From Toensbergia leucococca (lineage: Eukaryota): a stretch of DNA of 41,330 nt. This document shows positions 9,232 to 22,289 of this stretch, in pieces. The translations under genes and the position numbers were made by a program. The stretch covers positions 1 to 41,330 of the forward strand of contig JALDZS010000200.1 in NCBI GenBank assembly GCA_022813965.1, read 5' to 3'. The stretch's first letter is position 1; each line of letters starts with the position of its first letter. Below the pieces are notes generated by a model that was not told the DNA's origin, ran no database searches, and saw only the letters and a list, made by a program, of their open reading frames with translations.

Positions 9232-12203
9232 TTACAAACCTGGAGCACCCCATACCCCAAACCCCATCCCCGCCACCGCTACTCCCACCGCGCCCCACCC
9301 GTCAGCTCGTGTCCGAACCGCAGCCCCAGTAAACACCGCCGTCGCACTCCCGCCAGCAGTTGGCGTTGCACTCCCCCCAATCCCAGACATAATAAGCCCA
9401 CCCACGCCCACCGCCTCCGTACTCCCTCCAATCACCACGTTCGTCCCCGAAGGAGCCAACGAGATTGGTGTTCCGGAGACAGTGATGGCAGGCGCTCCAG
9501 GCATAAGAGTCTGGCCGTCGATGACGTACTCCGAGGCCAAGTTGGCCGTGACGGGGTGCCCGTTTATAAGAATAGTGGGTGCGGAGTGCGCGAGCGAGAG
9601 GGTGCTGGTGCCGATGATGAGGCCGCTGGGGCCGAGGGAGATGGGTGTGCCGGCTATTATTACTGCTGGTCCTCCAATACTCAATGTTTGCCCGGCAACT
9701 ACGACAACGAAGCCAGATGGAGTAGCTGTGTAGCCTTGGCTGGCGATTGTGAAGATGGGCTGTTCTGCTGGTGTGAGTGGGAGGGTGCTGGTCCCGATGA
9801 TTAGGCCAGCTGAGGCCAGGGAAACAGGCGTCCCTGAGATTGTCGCCGCTGGGCCTGAGATGCTTAGGGTCTGACCCGCGAGAATCACAACAGAACCGGA
9901 CGGCGTTGCTGTGTAGGCTTGGCTGGCGATCGTAAAGCCGAGTTGTTCCGTTGGTGCAAGTGGGATGGTGCTAGTCCCGATGATCAAGCCAGCAGAGGCG
10001 AGCGAAACAGGTGTCCCTGAAACTGTCGCCACTGGCCCTCCAATACTCAGAGTCTGACCCGCGATCACTAATTCGGATCCTAAGGGTGTCGCAGTGAGAA
10101 GCTGACCAGCCAGTGTAAAGATTGGGTATGGAGTTGAAGATGAGAATTTGACAGATGGAACAGTGCTGGAGCCAATGATCAAACCAGCCGAGCCAAAAGA
10201 AACAGATGTCCCTGAGACCAAGGCTGCTGGACCTCCCATAGTCAGAGTCTCGCCCGCAAGGACTAATACAGACCCAGAAGAAGCAACGGTAAATGCTTGA
10301 CCTGCAATTGTAATAACAGGCTGAGGGTATGACAATACAGTTGGCGTAAGAGAAATGCTATTCCCGCCAACGACCAGGCCAGCCGAGCCCAAGGAGACTG
10401 GTATACCCGAGATGGTAGCTGCGGGGCCTCCATTGACTAAAGTCTGACCTGCGAGAATGAGAGCGGAGGAAGAAAGCGTCGGGGTAATAGGGTTTCCAGC
10501 AACTGTCACAACTGGCAGAGGGAGTATCGTCGAAGCTGAGGCAATTACAACTGTGCTACCGCCGACAACAGCATTCCCGCCATCATTAGATAGAGAGGTG
10601 CCGGCTACATTGATCTGCGAGCCTGGTGCAAACGTAGTCCCAGCAACGATGATGCCGCCGTTGGACGCACCTTGTATTTGCTGGTCACCTACAGACGCGA
10701 GCGTACTAAATGGTACCGAAGCAATTACTGGTAGAACAACTGTACTGCTTTCAGTACCGGTCCCTGAGGCGCCGAATGTGATTATCGATGTCAGGGCGGC
10801 ACTGGAACCTATTGTCTGAGTAGCCTCCGGATCTAAGGTTGTGGAGGTTTCTGGGTAGTTCATACTTTTGGCGATGCTTTCCTGAGAGCTCACTCTATTC
10901 GATCCAGATATTGATGCCGGAAAGGTATCAGATTTCGATGGAGTACTCGAAACTATCTCAGGGACAGGGCTTTGCAGAGAAATCGAAGATGGGGGATCGA
11001 ATACGGAACTTTTCCCAGAGGCTCCTACTGTGAGAGTAGGAGTTGCAGTTGGAGGTGTGATGGTCGGCCCCGTTACCGCTGTCACAGTTCCAGGATCAAA
11101 AGGCCCGTGAGTGATGGTATTAGGTACCACGAGGTCCGAAACTGGTCGTAAGGCAATAGGAGGATCATAGAAAGCGTATATACCCTGGACGCAGGTAGCC
11201 CACGCAGCATTGAGGGATCTGATCTGGGTAGGAACCGAGAGCGTAGGAGAGCATGGGTTATAATAGTATTCTATTGGAAGATAATCCCTGGGATCACCAG
11301 TGGGGAAAGCGCCATAGGGGCCGGTAGAGAGGGTAGATGCGTATTCTGTACTCCCATCACTGAACACAAAGTACGAGATCGTAACCTCGGAGCAATTACC
11401 CCCTAGATCAGCATAGTTGAAGGCTGTCCAGTCATACGAGGTTGGCGAAGGGGCCTGATCGAGACCATTGAAAGCGGTCAGGGTAGTACCATCAATACTT
11501 GTAGACAATTCAAATTGTCCAAAAGACAACGTAGTGTTGTAATATGGCTGTCCAATTTGTCCGCAATAATCAGTAGCTCCAATTGAATTAAATGCAATAT
11601 ATACAGATGGAGAAACGCTGATTCATAGTCAGCTGATGGGGTTGATGCACCGGGGGATGATGATATACAAGGTAAAGTTTGTATCGAGATCGACTAGAGT
11701 CGATACTGCTGAATTTGGAGCTGGGGTGGGCCAGTACAAAACGCGAGCGGTTCCTCCAGAAAGCGTACAGCTGAGACAACATGGGGAGGTGGCGGTAGGA
11801 TCCCAGGTCACACCGTACATATCAGTCTCATAACCGCCATCCGGGAAGGTACATGTATATGGCCCGATCTCGCCGGTAATGCTTTCTGTGGCGGCGAAGG
11901 CAGAGAAAGAGGAAGACCATTGGGTTTCACATTGGCTTGCCAAAGCTGGAGCAATGGTGGCATTTGTGTAGGGATTGGGGATGTTGCCAGGCGTGAGGTA
12001 TTGACATTGTTGGTCATGATACCAGACAGCTCCGGATAAGCTGAGGGGAAAGCTTGCGTTATTTGTGTAGGATGTTGAACTGGCTTTGCGGTGGTTAGAG
12101 GAGAAGAAAGTGGAGTGAAGAAAGTACACAGACTGATTGTTGTGCCATTGATAAGGGCAGACGCAAGACCCACGAATTGAAGCACAACAGCCAGGCTCCA
12201 CAT
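9232..12203 (-). CDS. Large secreted, probably GPI-anchored cell-wall/adhesin-like protein with tandem repeats; exons 12203-12134, 12083-11669, 11617-9232
   Basis: Signal peptide MWSLAVVLQFVGLASA. Cys-rich N-terminal domain (CCLSCTLSGGTARVLYWP; FVSPSVYIAF; DYCG; W..C..YDPP). S/T/P linker, about 7 Gly/Thr/Ile/Val-rich repeats, and a C-terminal FTGAA followed by a hydrophobic tail. Introns of 50 and 51 nt with CTAAC/CTGAC branch points keep the frame. Confidence 0.85.
9420..10720 (-). repeat. Intragenic tandem repeats of 183-198 bp (61-66 aa; AGQTLSIGGPAATISGTPVSLASAGLIIGTST)
   Basis: Equivalent positions recur at about 9420, 9602, 9785, 9968, 10163, 10355 and 10553. Confidence 0.85.
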
Positions 12204-12880
12204 TTCTGCTCAGCCCATTAGATTAGAGAGGTTACAGTCATGACTGTACATTGGAATAGAACTGATGGTGAACAGGAACAGCGTGCAGAAAGGCATAGCA
12301 GTAGTGGCGACCGGCTACCTTATTAACAACTGAAAGGCTGCGATGGACTTTTTTTGCGGGCGCCGACGCCGACACTTGCGACGCATGGTGACCATGATTC
12401 ATTGGCGTCGTGCCGTTCTCTAGCATACTGATGCAGCTGGCTGGCTGCTTGATTGGTGTGGCTTGGAGGTGGAAACGGGAGGATTCAAGCTAATGAGGCA
12501 TGTCAGCTTTAGTGCTTCAGCTCCCTCATCATATTCTTGGGGACCTGCATTGGATGAAATATTCATGGCCGGTTACTAATCCTGTCTGCTACTCAGTCGT
12601 ACCTATCGGTCCTGAGTCTTCTTTTAGGCCTAGTTATCGAGTCCAAAGAATTGAACCTCTACGTCCTCCAAATTTGAGGGTGGAAGACGTTGAACCGTTT
12701 GGGCATCAAGGGTGGTAAGCTGCATAAAATCGGAATAATTCCTCAATTCCTGCATATTCTTGCCAAGAATAGAATAGAAGTCATCCAATCTATCATGCCA
12801 CACTCGACTTAAATGATTATGGCGTAAATAAGCCTTAGCCAGCCCTTTTGAGAGGACAAATTGCATGATAAGCACTACCT

Positions 12881-14168
12881 ATGTCTGTCGATGCTGCCTT
12901 CACCAGGAAGCTACCCAAGACCGAGGTGTGTTCGCCACCCGCATCTCTCAATATCCGTGACTCCAGTAATACCAACCACAACCTGCTCTAGCTACATGCC
13001 CACCTGACTGGAAGTATCAGCAGGGACTGTCTACATGAGATATGGCTTCGACGGAAAGCCGAAGAGCCAGACTTCCAACTGGACGATCCATTAGAAGCTC
13101 TACCAGCTGGGAAGGCTGACTACGACATAGATACGTAAGGATGTCTCTTTCTTTGAAGGCCATCTTTAATTATACCTCAATTCTCAGCCAAATTCCACAG
13201 CTTCTTCCCTCTCTTCTCCAAATACATCTACCATCTATGCTCTGATCTCCCGAGCATCGAATATTCCACGACTCAAGTTCTTAAAGACTTCAGCAACGAC
13301 GGCGTCTGCTATCTAGAACTAAGAACCACTCCCCGTGCCTCCCCCACCCTTACCAAAGACACATACGTCTCCAGGATCCTCGACGTCATCGATGACTTTG
13401 ATTGGAAGGATATGACCACTTACCTCATCCTTTCCGTTGACCGTCGTGTAACAGCAGCCGAAGCACTAGAAGTTGTTGACCTTGCAATCAAGTATCAACG
13501 CAGAGGCGTCATAGGGCTTGACCTCTGTGGTGATCCGTCAAAGGCGGTCGACGTCTCTAAATTCCGAGAGGCCTTCGAAAAAGCAAAAGACTGTGGGTTG
13601 AAAATAACCTTGCATTTCGCAGAAGTGCCCTCCAGCTCCTCAGACGAAGAATTGCAGGCGCTCTTGTCGTTCCAACCGGATCGCCTTGGCCACGTAATCC
13701 ACATCAACGATGCCATTGGGGAGGAAATCAAAAGCAGGAAATTAGCACTAGAACTATGTCTTTCCTGCAACGTATCCGCCAAGCTAACAAAAGGTGGCTT
13801 CAAAGGCCACATATTCGGGCAGTGGATAAAAGAGCAGAATAGAGGTCCCATCGTCCTTTGCGTAGGTCGAAAATCTCATCTCAAACAAACTCCTTCCGTC
13901 CTCTTCAGACGCACCGGCTAACCATTTTCGCGCGAACAACACAAAGACCGACGACGTGGGAGTCTTCCTCAGCCCGCTGTCAAACGAGTATCTGCTAGCA
14001 GCCGAGCACTTCCGCCTCAGCCGCGAGGACCTGCTGCAGCTGTGCGAAAGCACGAGCGAGGCCATCTTTGCTGGGGAGGCCGAGAAGACGAGGATCCGAG
14101 CCCACGTGCAGGCGATGAGGTTGGAGATGCGAGCTGCCCAAAGCACTGCCCTGGACAAGGGAGCTTGA
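12881..14168 (+). CDS. Adenosine deaminase-like protein (ADAL/MAPDA, N6-methyl-AMP deaminase type); exons 12881-12925, 12992-13134, 13201-13861, 13947-14168
   Basis: Motifs LPKTELHAHLTGSI, YLELRTTPR, GLDLCGDP, TLHFAE, RLGH, ELCLSCN and LCTDDVGVF of the ADA amidohydrolase fold. Three canonical introns restore one frame. Confidence 0.9.
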
Positions 14169-14681
14169 GACCTGGCTTTTTTTCAACGAGATCAATAATG
14201 ATGGATTGGAAAGAATGAAGGTGGTGTTGTGACCTGGGTGTAGTAGCTCGGCTTCACGCGCTTGATGTTGTGAGGATTGAGTGAGGAATACACTGACTCA
14301 CTGGCACTGCTGGAAAACTCCCTCGGTGAATGGCGAATATATGGAAAGGCGAAAATCTCATAGCGCAGGAAGGCGAGAACAGAGTCAATAAGACAAAGAA
14401 GCTAAAATGGGGTCTAAAAATGGCAGAGAAAGTCATTCAATCCATCAACACAACGTAGGGGGGGGACGGAGATTCACCAGCCAAAAGCAAAGCCAAAGCA
14501 TTCATCTACCCACGTAAAAAAATTTGGCAAGCAGAAAGAAAAAACAGATTTTGATTTTTGTCCAGTGGTATAGTGCACCCGATCCATCCATTAACATAAC
14601 CAGCAAGCCCGTCCAAATTCATCAACCCCCGAGCTCTCTCACCCGTAAAGCCCAAGACCACCAAGACCCAAATTGAAAGAA

Positions 14682-17084
14682 TCACTTCGCCCGCGCGACC
14701 TTGGCCTTCTTGACCAGAATCTGCTTACAATCATCGCAATACCACGGCACTATACGCAACCACCGAGAACGATAAAACGTTAGCCAAAAAAATTCCCTAA
14801 ATAAGGCGCGGTAAGAAAAACACCAGAGAAAACCATCCTCAACCAAAAAAGAATTGAAACAAAAACCACACCACAACCCAAAAAACACCAGCAAGGTTCC
14901 TAGCGTGAAGCAAGGGAGAAAACAAGGGATCGGGACGTACCCTCGGGAGGTGGTGGCTTCTTCAACCCCACACACCCATAATGAAACCACTCTATCGGAC
15001 AACTTTCCATCTCACAAGCAATCATCTCCCCATGACTCACTCCATTACAAGAGCAATACCGCGGCTCTTCATCATCATCCTCTTCCTCCTCCTCGCCAGC
15101 CAAAGACTCACTTTCCTCATCTGCCGCCGCCGCCGCCGCCAGTTGCGCCGCCAGCCCGGCTCCCTTTTTGTGCGATCGTTTGGCAGTGGGTTCGAGAGTA
15201 CGTGAGGGGCGAGAGCGGCGAGCGGGTTCGGAGAAGGATGTTGTGATTGGGGTGGAGGTCTTGGAGAGCTTGCCGGCGGTGCGAGTCGAGGTTGAGATTG
15301 ATGGTGGCCGGTCGGCCCGGGTCTTGCTGGTAGCTTGGTCTGTATCTTCGCGCTTGAGAGTTTTGTCGTTGCTTTTGGGGTTGGGGAGATGGGCGGCTTT
15401 TGGGGTTCCGTCGCCATTGGTTGTGTCGACGGTGTGGTTCTCGCCTTTGGGGTAGGGGATTTCTTTTGTTGTGTTCTTGATGCTTTCGACGCTTTTGTTC
15501 GTTATTCCTACTATTTTGCCGATGTCCGCTATGACACCATTGCCGTTCGTAGGTTTGTTGGATGTAGATGAGGAGGGACGACGCCGAGTATCCGGCAGGG
15601 CAGATTGTGTGGAGTTTTGGCGTGCTCGCGATGAAGGAACTCGTTGCATTGCGGCTGGGCCTGGACTGCTGCGACCAATTATTTTACTCACTGCAAAAGT
15701 ACCTACCACGGGGGACGAAACTAATGACGGTGTATTGACGGCTGAAGTATTGGTATTGGTTCTGTATTTAGAGCACGAGTCAGTGACGTATCAAGTGTCA
15801 TAATGAGAACTTGGAATACCTTCGTCTTCCATTCCCATTCACTGCGATTGCCGCGCCTGCTCCTCGAGCTCTTTTCTTGGTGGCTTCTACAGCAGGAATC
15901 TCGTGTGGACTACTAGCCTTCCCTTGAGACCCAGTGCCATTTGTCCCAAACACTGTACTCATAGACTTCTCCAGTAACAGCACATTATGCGACGTCCCTG
16001 GATTTGGCTTCTCTATCCTGCGCCGTTTGTTTGGTGCAGTAGGTACCACACTTGGTGCTCCGTTCGAGATGCCCAAACCCAAGATGACACCATTTGCTGT
16101 TCCTGATATCTCTACCGCTTTTCGACCTTTGCCGCTGTTTTGAATTCTCTTTGCAGCAGGTTGCGTACCTGTGCGCCCATCGTCGAAATCAGAGTCTATG
16201 TGGTGGTTTCGCTGCTTCCGTGCTGCGATTGCCTCTCTTCTAGCCTCACTCCGCAGAGCTGCGTCTCCCTCGTGCATCGCAGCTGCTGCAGCTGCAAGAT
16301 TGTGAGCGGCTGCGGCCTCCCTTCTTGTCCGTTCACCTGCAGTTGTTCCCTTCTTCTCCGCAGTCTTATCTGTGTATGCCCAATGATTGAGACTGCCATA
16401 TCGGGCCTCTTCGCTGATCTCGTTTTCGATGTGAGGATAGGAGCTTTCACATCGTGCAAGCTGTTTATCAAGACCTTCGACCGCCGTAGACATGACGTGG
16501 TTCTTTTCGTCCAGAGTCATGAGCATCTCACCCATCACCATTCGCAGGTTATAGAAAAGCTTTCGACGAGAAAGATCAGTACGATCGTGATTGGTACGCT
16601 CTTCGGGTTGTGAGGCAGCTTCTCCTTGGGGGGCGCCAACCGCAGGAGCTTCCTCGGCCGTTGAGCCACTGACGCTGTGTGCTGCATCCGTGTATAGTAT
16701 CGAATCGTCTTTCGCTTGTTCTAAAGGTGCAATTGTGCGCGGGGGAATGGGGGCTTTTCTTGCTGCTGTGACGAGCTGGCCAAGGACTTCTTCTGGTCCA
16801 TAGATCTTTGCGTCGACTTCCTTTAACATTGTATAATGTCTAACCATTTCCTTGGGCAAAGCTGCGATAGAGTCCGTGAAATGTGTAATTGCAGGGAAAA
16901 ATCCAGGAGCACCATTGGTACTTTGTCCATTGCTTAGAGGTCCTTCGATGGAGCCCCGGCCACCAGCAGGCCGGGCAAGATTTGTCACTGTCCTTGCAGG
17001 ATTTGTGCGTGTCTGTCGGACCGGTTGGCGTCGACTCGAGGCTGCTGCTGGCTCGATAATGCTAAGAGGACTAAATGTCTTCAT
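14682..17084 (-). CDS. ING-family PHD-finger chromatin protein; exons 17084-15820, 15761-14941, 14749-14682
   Basis: N-terminal ING coiled-coil ([31 protein letters not shown]). Acidic stretch, then PHD finger [32 protein letters not shown], completed by PWYCDDC in the last exon. Confidence 0.92.
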
Positions 17085-18044
17085 CTTTAGAGTGTGGGTG
17101 GCTTAGGGAGCGTTGTGAGACTCAATGCGACGCGGTGTTGCGCTCCAAGCTTTGCAAGTGGTAAAGAGGTGTTCTTGGTCATGGATCACGTAAATATTGA
17201 AGTGTCAGTCACTGAAGAGTGTTATTTCCATTTGGAAAGGCGAGAAGACGCAGTGAATGACACACGAGACTCTGTGGAGCACACAGTCAAAGGCGAGGGG
17301 GAAAACTGCTTTCCCTCGGAACGGATCATCCAGCCGCCGAGATACGTCATTATGGAAAAGAGATCCAGCACATGGCCATAGCCCCTTTCGCCGTTTCTTT
17401 TCATCACTTTTTCCCTTTTCGAGCCGTTCTGTATTTCGGATTCAGGATGTATCGATATGTGTCTTTCGCAAGTGTATTGGCTGAGGTTGGAGAATCGCAG
17501 CGAAGCTGGTATCTTGCTGAGTGAGGAGAAATTGCAGGGATGTTTTCCTGTGCTTGTTCTTTTGCCCAGAAACTTAGGAGTAAGGTACATATTGCATGTG
17601 TTACACCTGGCGAGTTTTCAAGTAAATGGTTACGCTTGTGGGTGATAGCAAACTAAATTTGCTACTTTCTAAAAAAATATCATTTCCTCCAATATTTCAT
17701 CTAGAAACAATCAAGTGCTCGACAAAGTTAACGTGCCTGGCAGTCAAGATCCAACATGGCCCTATGTTTGCACTTTCTTCAACGGCTCAGTGCTCCGTTT
17801 ACTGCAACTTATTTCGTTACGTAGAAGCAACAAAAGCAACCACGATTGTACAGAACAATTTGCATTACGAGTAGATGCTGAAGCCCGAGTTTGAACATAG
17901 AGTAAATCATTCTAGAGCAAAACTCCTTGAATTGCCTAAAAATGTGCACAAGACTTGTTGATATGAAGGTAAAGGAAACCGTGGAGCATATTTATTTCTG
18001 ATGTAATAGGTAAGATCCAAGCATACTTAGCGCTCACGACGCTC

Positions 18045-18055
18045 TAGGGTTAGGG
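18045..18055. promoter_or_regulatory. Telobox-like TAGGGTTAGGG element about 100 bp upstream of the RPL8 ATG (candidate Tbf1-type site)
   Basis: Sequence ctagggttagggc. TTAGGG elements bound by Tbf1 are known in ribosomal protein promoters of many ascomycetes. Confidence 0.5.
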
Positions 18056-18155
18056 CTGAGTCTGATCTTCGCTTAGCTTAGCGTCCACATTTATCTTCAT
18101 TTTTACGGAAACTTGACTCCATCACTAATAACCAACCTTTCGATAATCCACGACA

Positions 18156-19362
18156 ATGGTAAGCTATACCCATATCTAAGTTCTACGACTGGTCTTGCGC
18201 CTTTCGCAATGGACTCAAATCCACCACCATTCAGCTCTCTTGAGCGGAACAGCACTGGCAAAGATGGGCACAAAGGCTTGAGCTACGAGCTTGCAGAAAT
18301 GCAGCTCCTAGTCTCTTTAGAGTTCAAAGAAGACACAATCTGCTGGACACAATTCGCTGATAATCTTCTTTTCTCAATGACAGCCTCCCAAGCAAGCCGG
18401 CCGTAAAGCCGCTCCCGCGCCTTTCCCTCAAGGGAAGGCCGGTGCCACCAAGAAAACCGCAAAGGTAAGTTTATCTCTCCCTACCTCATCCCATCCCATT
18501 TTACCTTTGAAATTGCTATAAATTCGTCCGGGTACGACGCGACGGTAATTAACAAGCTATTGCATCCCTAGAACCCCCTCATCGAAAAGCGTCCCCGCAA
18601 TTTTGGCATCGGCCAAGATATCCAACCACGCCGCAACCTTTCCCGCATGGTAAAATGGCCTGAATACGTACGCCTGCAACGCCAAAAGAAAATCCTCTAC
18701 CTGCGCCTCAAAGTTCCCCCCGCCATCGCGCAATTCACGAACGTGCTCGACCGCAACACCGCCTCGCAAACCTTCAAACTGCTAAACAAATACCGACCGG
18801 AGACCAAAGCGGAGAAGAAGGAGCGATTACTCAAGGAGGCGACGGCGGTGAGCGAGGGAAAGAAGAAGGAGGAGGTTAGTAAGAAGCCGTATGTGGTCAA
18901 GTACGGATTGAATCATGTGGTGGGCTTGATTGAGAACAAGAAGGCGGCGTTGGTGTTGATACCCAATGATGTGGATCCGATCGAGCTGGTCATTTTCTTG
19001 CCTGCGTTATGCCGGAAGATGGGCGTTCCATACGCTATGATCAAGGGCAAAGCTAGACTGGGTACCGTTGTGCACAAGAAGGTAAATCTCATACACTCCC
19101 CAACCCAAGCTAACATAATTCCACTCTTCAACCCATTAACCGCCTCTCTCTCCCCATACAGACTGCTGCCGTCCTTGCCCTCACAGAAGTGCGCTCAGAA
19201 GACAAGTCCGAGCTCTCAAAGCTTGTCTCTACTATTAAAGAGGGCTACTCGGAGAAATACGAAGAAGCTAAGCGTCACTGGGGCGGAGGGATCATGGGAC
19301 AAAAGGCCATTGCCGCGCAGGAGAAGAAGCGGAAGGCGTTGGAGAGTGCGATCAAGATCTAG
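18156..19362 (+). CDS. RPL8: 60S ribosomal protein eL8 (L8/L7a); exons 18156-18158, 18384-18464, 18572-19081, 19162-19362
   Basis: ATG-only first exon. Motifs [55 protein letters not shown] and HWGGGIMG. Confidence 0.98.
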
Positions 19363-19556
19363 AGAGTTGCAATTGCTACTGTACCTATGATCTCTACTGA
19401 TGGGTACAGTCATGATAGCGAGCTCTTGCATCACAATTGTAAATTTTCAGTTGAAAGAACTGCCTTGACACTCATGTGAAAAAAAAGCGTTGCATAACAA
19501 ACACAGTTCAGCCGATCTAAATAAACCCTTTGACGTCCACAATTTCCATCCCAATC

Positions 19557-21359
19557 CTACCCTCCACCCCTCCCCCACAGATCCTTCCAAAACTCCCTAA
19601 ACCCATACTCGGGCCTCCTACTATCCCAAACCCTCACCTCCTTCCCTCCAAACCTCTCCAACACCCCCCCACTCCTCCCTCTCCCACCACCATCATCCAC
19701 CATGCCCCCTCCGCTCGGCGCCCTCGCCCTCTCCCTAATCTCAGCCGGCAGCAAAGGCGCGACGTCGGCGAAGCAGGCGTTGAGTTCGCGGGGGAGGGAG
19801 AAGTAGGGTTTTTGGGCTAGAGCGGGGGCGAGGAGGTTGTAGGAGCGGGTGAGGGTGTTGAGGGTTTGGATTGAGAGGGCGTGGTAGGCTTGTTCGGTTT
19901 GGAGGTAGGGGGGGTCGCGGAAGGGGGCCGGGGAGGGGGAGGGAGGGGTTGGACGGAGGGTGTTTAGGGAAGGTGGTTGTGGGGAGGGGGATGTGGAATC
20001 TGAGATTGTGATTGTGGAGATTTCGGCGGGAGCGCGGGCTAGTGTAAGTGTTTCTGGAAGGATAATTTGGGTGGCTTGGCTTTCGGGGTTGGTGGTGGTC
20101 GTTGGGGCTTCGACTTCGATCTCTGTTGTTTCCGTGACGGTGACCTGGCCGATTCGGCCTTCGCTGTTGATGGTGCTCACGGCTTCGACTTTGGGCGCTT
20201 TGGGATTATGGATCTTTTCGGCTAGCGCATACGCTTCCGCGCGTTGGATCTGCTCCTGGAGCGAACCCCCTTTGCTTGCAATCACCCTTGGAGCATGTCT
20301 TTTCCAATCTGCCCTCAACCTCCCCCTAAATACCGCCGCGGCTTTCACAAGCTCCTGCTGCTTCTCAATCCACGGCGGAACAATGTCCTGTTTCTGAATA
20401 ATCTTGTTCATGAAATACTCGGTCGTGTCCAGGAACGGGCTGCTGGCTGTATAATCCCGCTCGATATTCTTGCCTTTGCCCCGGGGTAGATTCTTGAACT
20501 GGCCTCTTGCGATTGCATCTTCGATGCGCTCGTTTGCGAGGGCTGCGAGACCTTGTACCGAGGTTGGCATTGGGCGCGCGCCGGGGGTGAAACGCTCTTT
20601 GAGTTGTAGGCGCATCTGCTCTCGCTCTTTTTCGGTCATGGCGGGATCCTGGCTGAGGGCGTAGATGGAGGTGCGGTCTCGAGCGTTTGCCAGACGTTCG
20701 GCTTTGGACTTTTGCAGGGCTTTTTGCATGCGCATGTCAACGTTGACTGGGGTGCCTCTTGGCGTGGGGATTTTTGGGGGGCGGGTGCTTCGGAGGGGCT
20801 TGTGAGCATCTGTAAGCATGCGTAGGGCGGCATCTTCTATTGCCTCGGTGCCTGTCCATGGCTGAGCTGCGGCTATGCCTTGGGTTCCTTTGCCTGCGCT
20901 CGACTATGTAGCCTAGATGTGAGCATTTTGAATTGATAGATATTCGTGGGACGCTCTTGAACCTACGGGCATGCTCAGTTGTGCAAAGGCAGCTGGGTTT
21001 TCACTCCTGAATTTGCTTTCTTGGATCCTTGCTTCTAGTTGCCGTTTCAATTCCTCGGAGAAGCCAGCTTCCTCGACTGCTTTCTGGGCACTGCGACCGC
21101 CTTCTTCTAGACTCTGCTCGGTCATGCTGGCTAGACGACGCGACATTGCGCCCTCTTCCTTTTCATCTTCATTCGGCTCTACTACCTCATCACAACTGTC
21201 GGTTCTCTCGGCTGACTGAGCATTCGGCCGTGGCAAAATAGTAGTTTGACTGAATGCTCTGAAGTCATTATGAATATTCCTTCTACGAATGACTTGCTGC
21301 AACTGTCTGACGAGACAGCGAGTACAGGTATAAGTATCAGTAATAATTGCGCCGGGCAT
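19557..21359 (-). CDS. DUF1992 (DNAJC28 conserved domain)-containing protein, likely mitochondrial; exons 21359-20967, 20903-19557
   Basis: Motif LANERIEDAIARGQFKNLPRGKGK..IIQKQDIVPPWIE. Arg-rich presequence-like N-terminus (CTRCLVRQ..RAFS). A 63-nt GT..TAG intron joins the exons in frame. Confidence 0.85.
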
Positions 21360-22289
21360 GTAGAACGATAAGGTGACGTGGGTGACTATGTAAAGAGATG
21401 ATTGTTGCTGTGTGGATGATGCCCTATCGATAAGGGATCACATGACCAACCCCGGCCTTTTTCCGAGACCGTTTAGCGGCCCTCGGGCCCCTAATCGACT
21501 GACTACCTAGGTAGGTACTCGTATGAGTAAGCCAAATGAAGAGCACTTGAATAATTCTGCAATGCCAAATACAAGTCACTTTCTTTTTGAAGTGTCTTGA
21601 CAAAGTGGATATCTTTCCGGCCTGGCAACATCTACAATTTACCTTGCCAACCTCCTCGCCCAGAAACAAGCCTTCTTGAAGAGTTCAGAGATATTTGTTC
21701 GAGAAGCTCAACTTGTTCCCGATAACAAGATAGCCCGCTAAGTACGGATTTATAGCCTCTCCTGTAAAGGCGGTCGCGCGTTTTGGGACCTAGTGAGATG
21801 GGTTTGTTAAAGGTACTTTTGTTACGGGAGGGGGATTTCTTGCGATTGGTCTTTGTATGCATCTGTTGATTTGGCGATGTTGTTGTTTGGGGATGTTTTT
21901 GTCTTGGAGATTACTATGTAGGGAGGGAGGGTCTGGTGTGGACTTCTTGGGGAGCTGATTCGTTGGCTTTTTCTTTTTTTTTATGGGGGTGGGGGGGGAG
22001 GGGGCTGTTTGTAATGTCTTAATTGCGTGGCTGTGTGTGCCAAGGAGTTTTTCTCGAGGAGCGAGATGCTCATTGTGCTTGTAAGCAATGGGGGCGTGAT
22101 GGCTTGCGGGACCGCGAATGGCTGAGAGACGGAGCTAGGTATGACTATCTAGTGATTTTCTGGCTCTCCTTCCTGCTCAAGCTGGGACTACGCGCTTCCT
22201 TGACGCCTGTTTTCTGTTTTTGTGTTGTTAGTGTGGATTATTTGGCTGTTGCTATGGTGGCGTGTAGCTTGGGAGCCTCGATCTGAGAT

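Noticed and set aside
21600..21860. Coding-looking stretch upstream of the DUF1992 gene
   Set aside because: The frames I translated are short or interrupted and I could not match any family.
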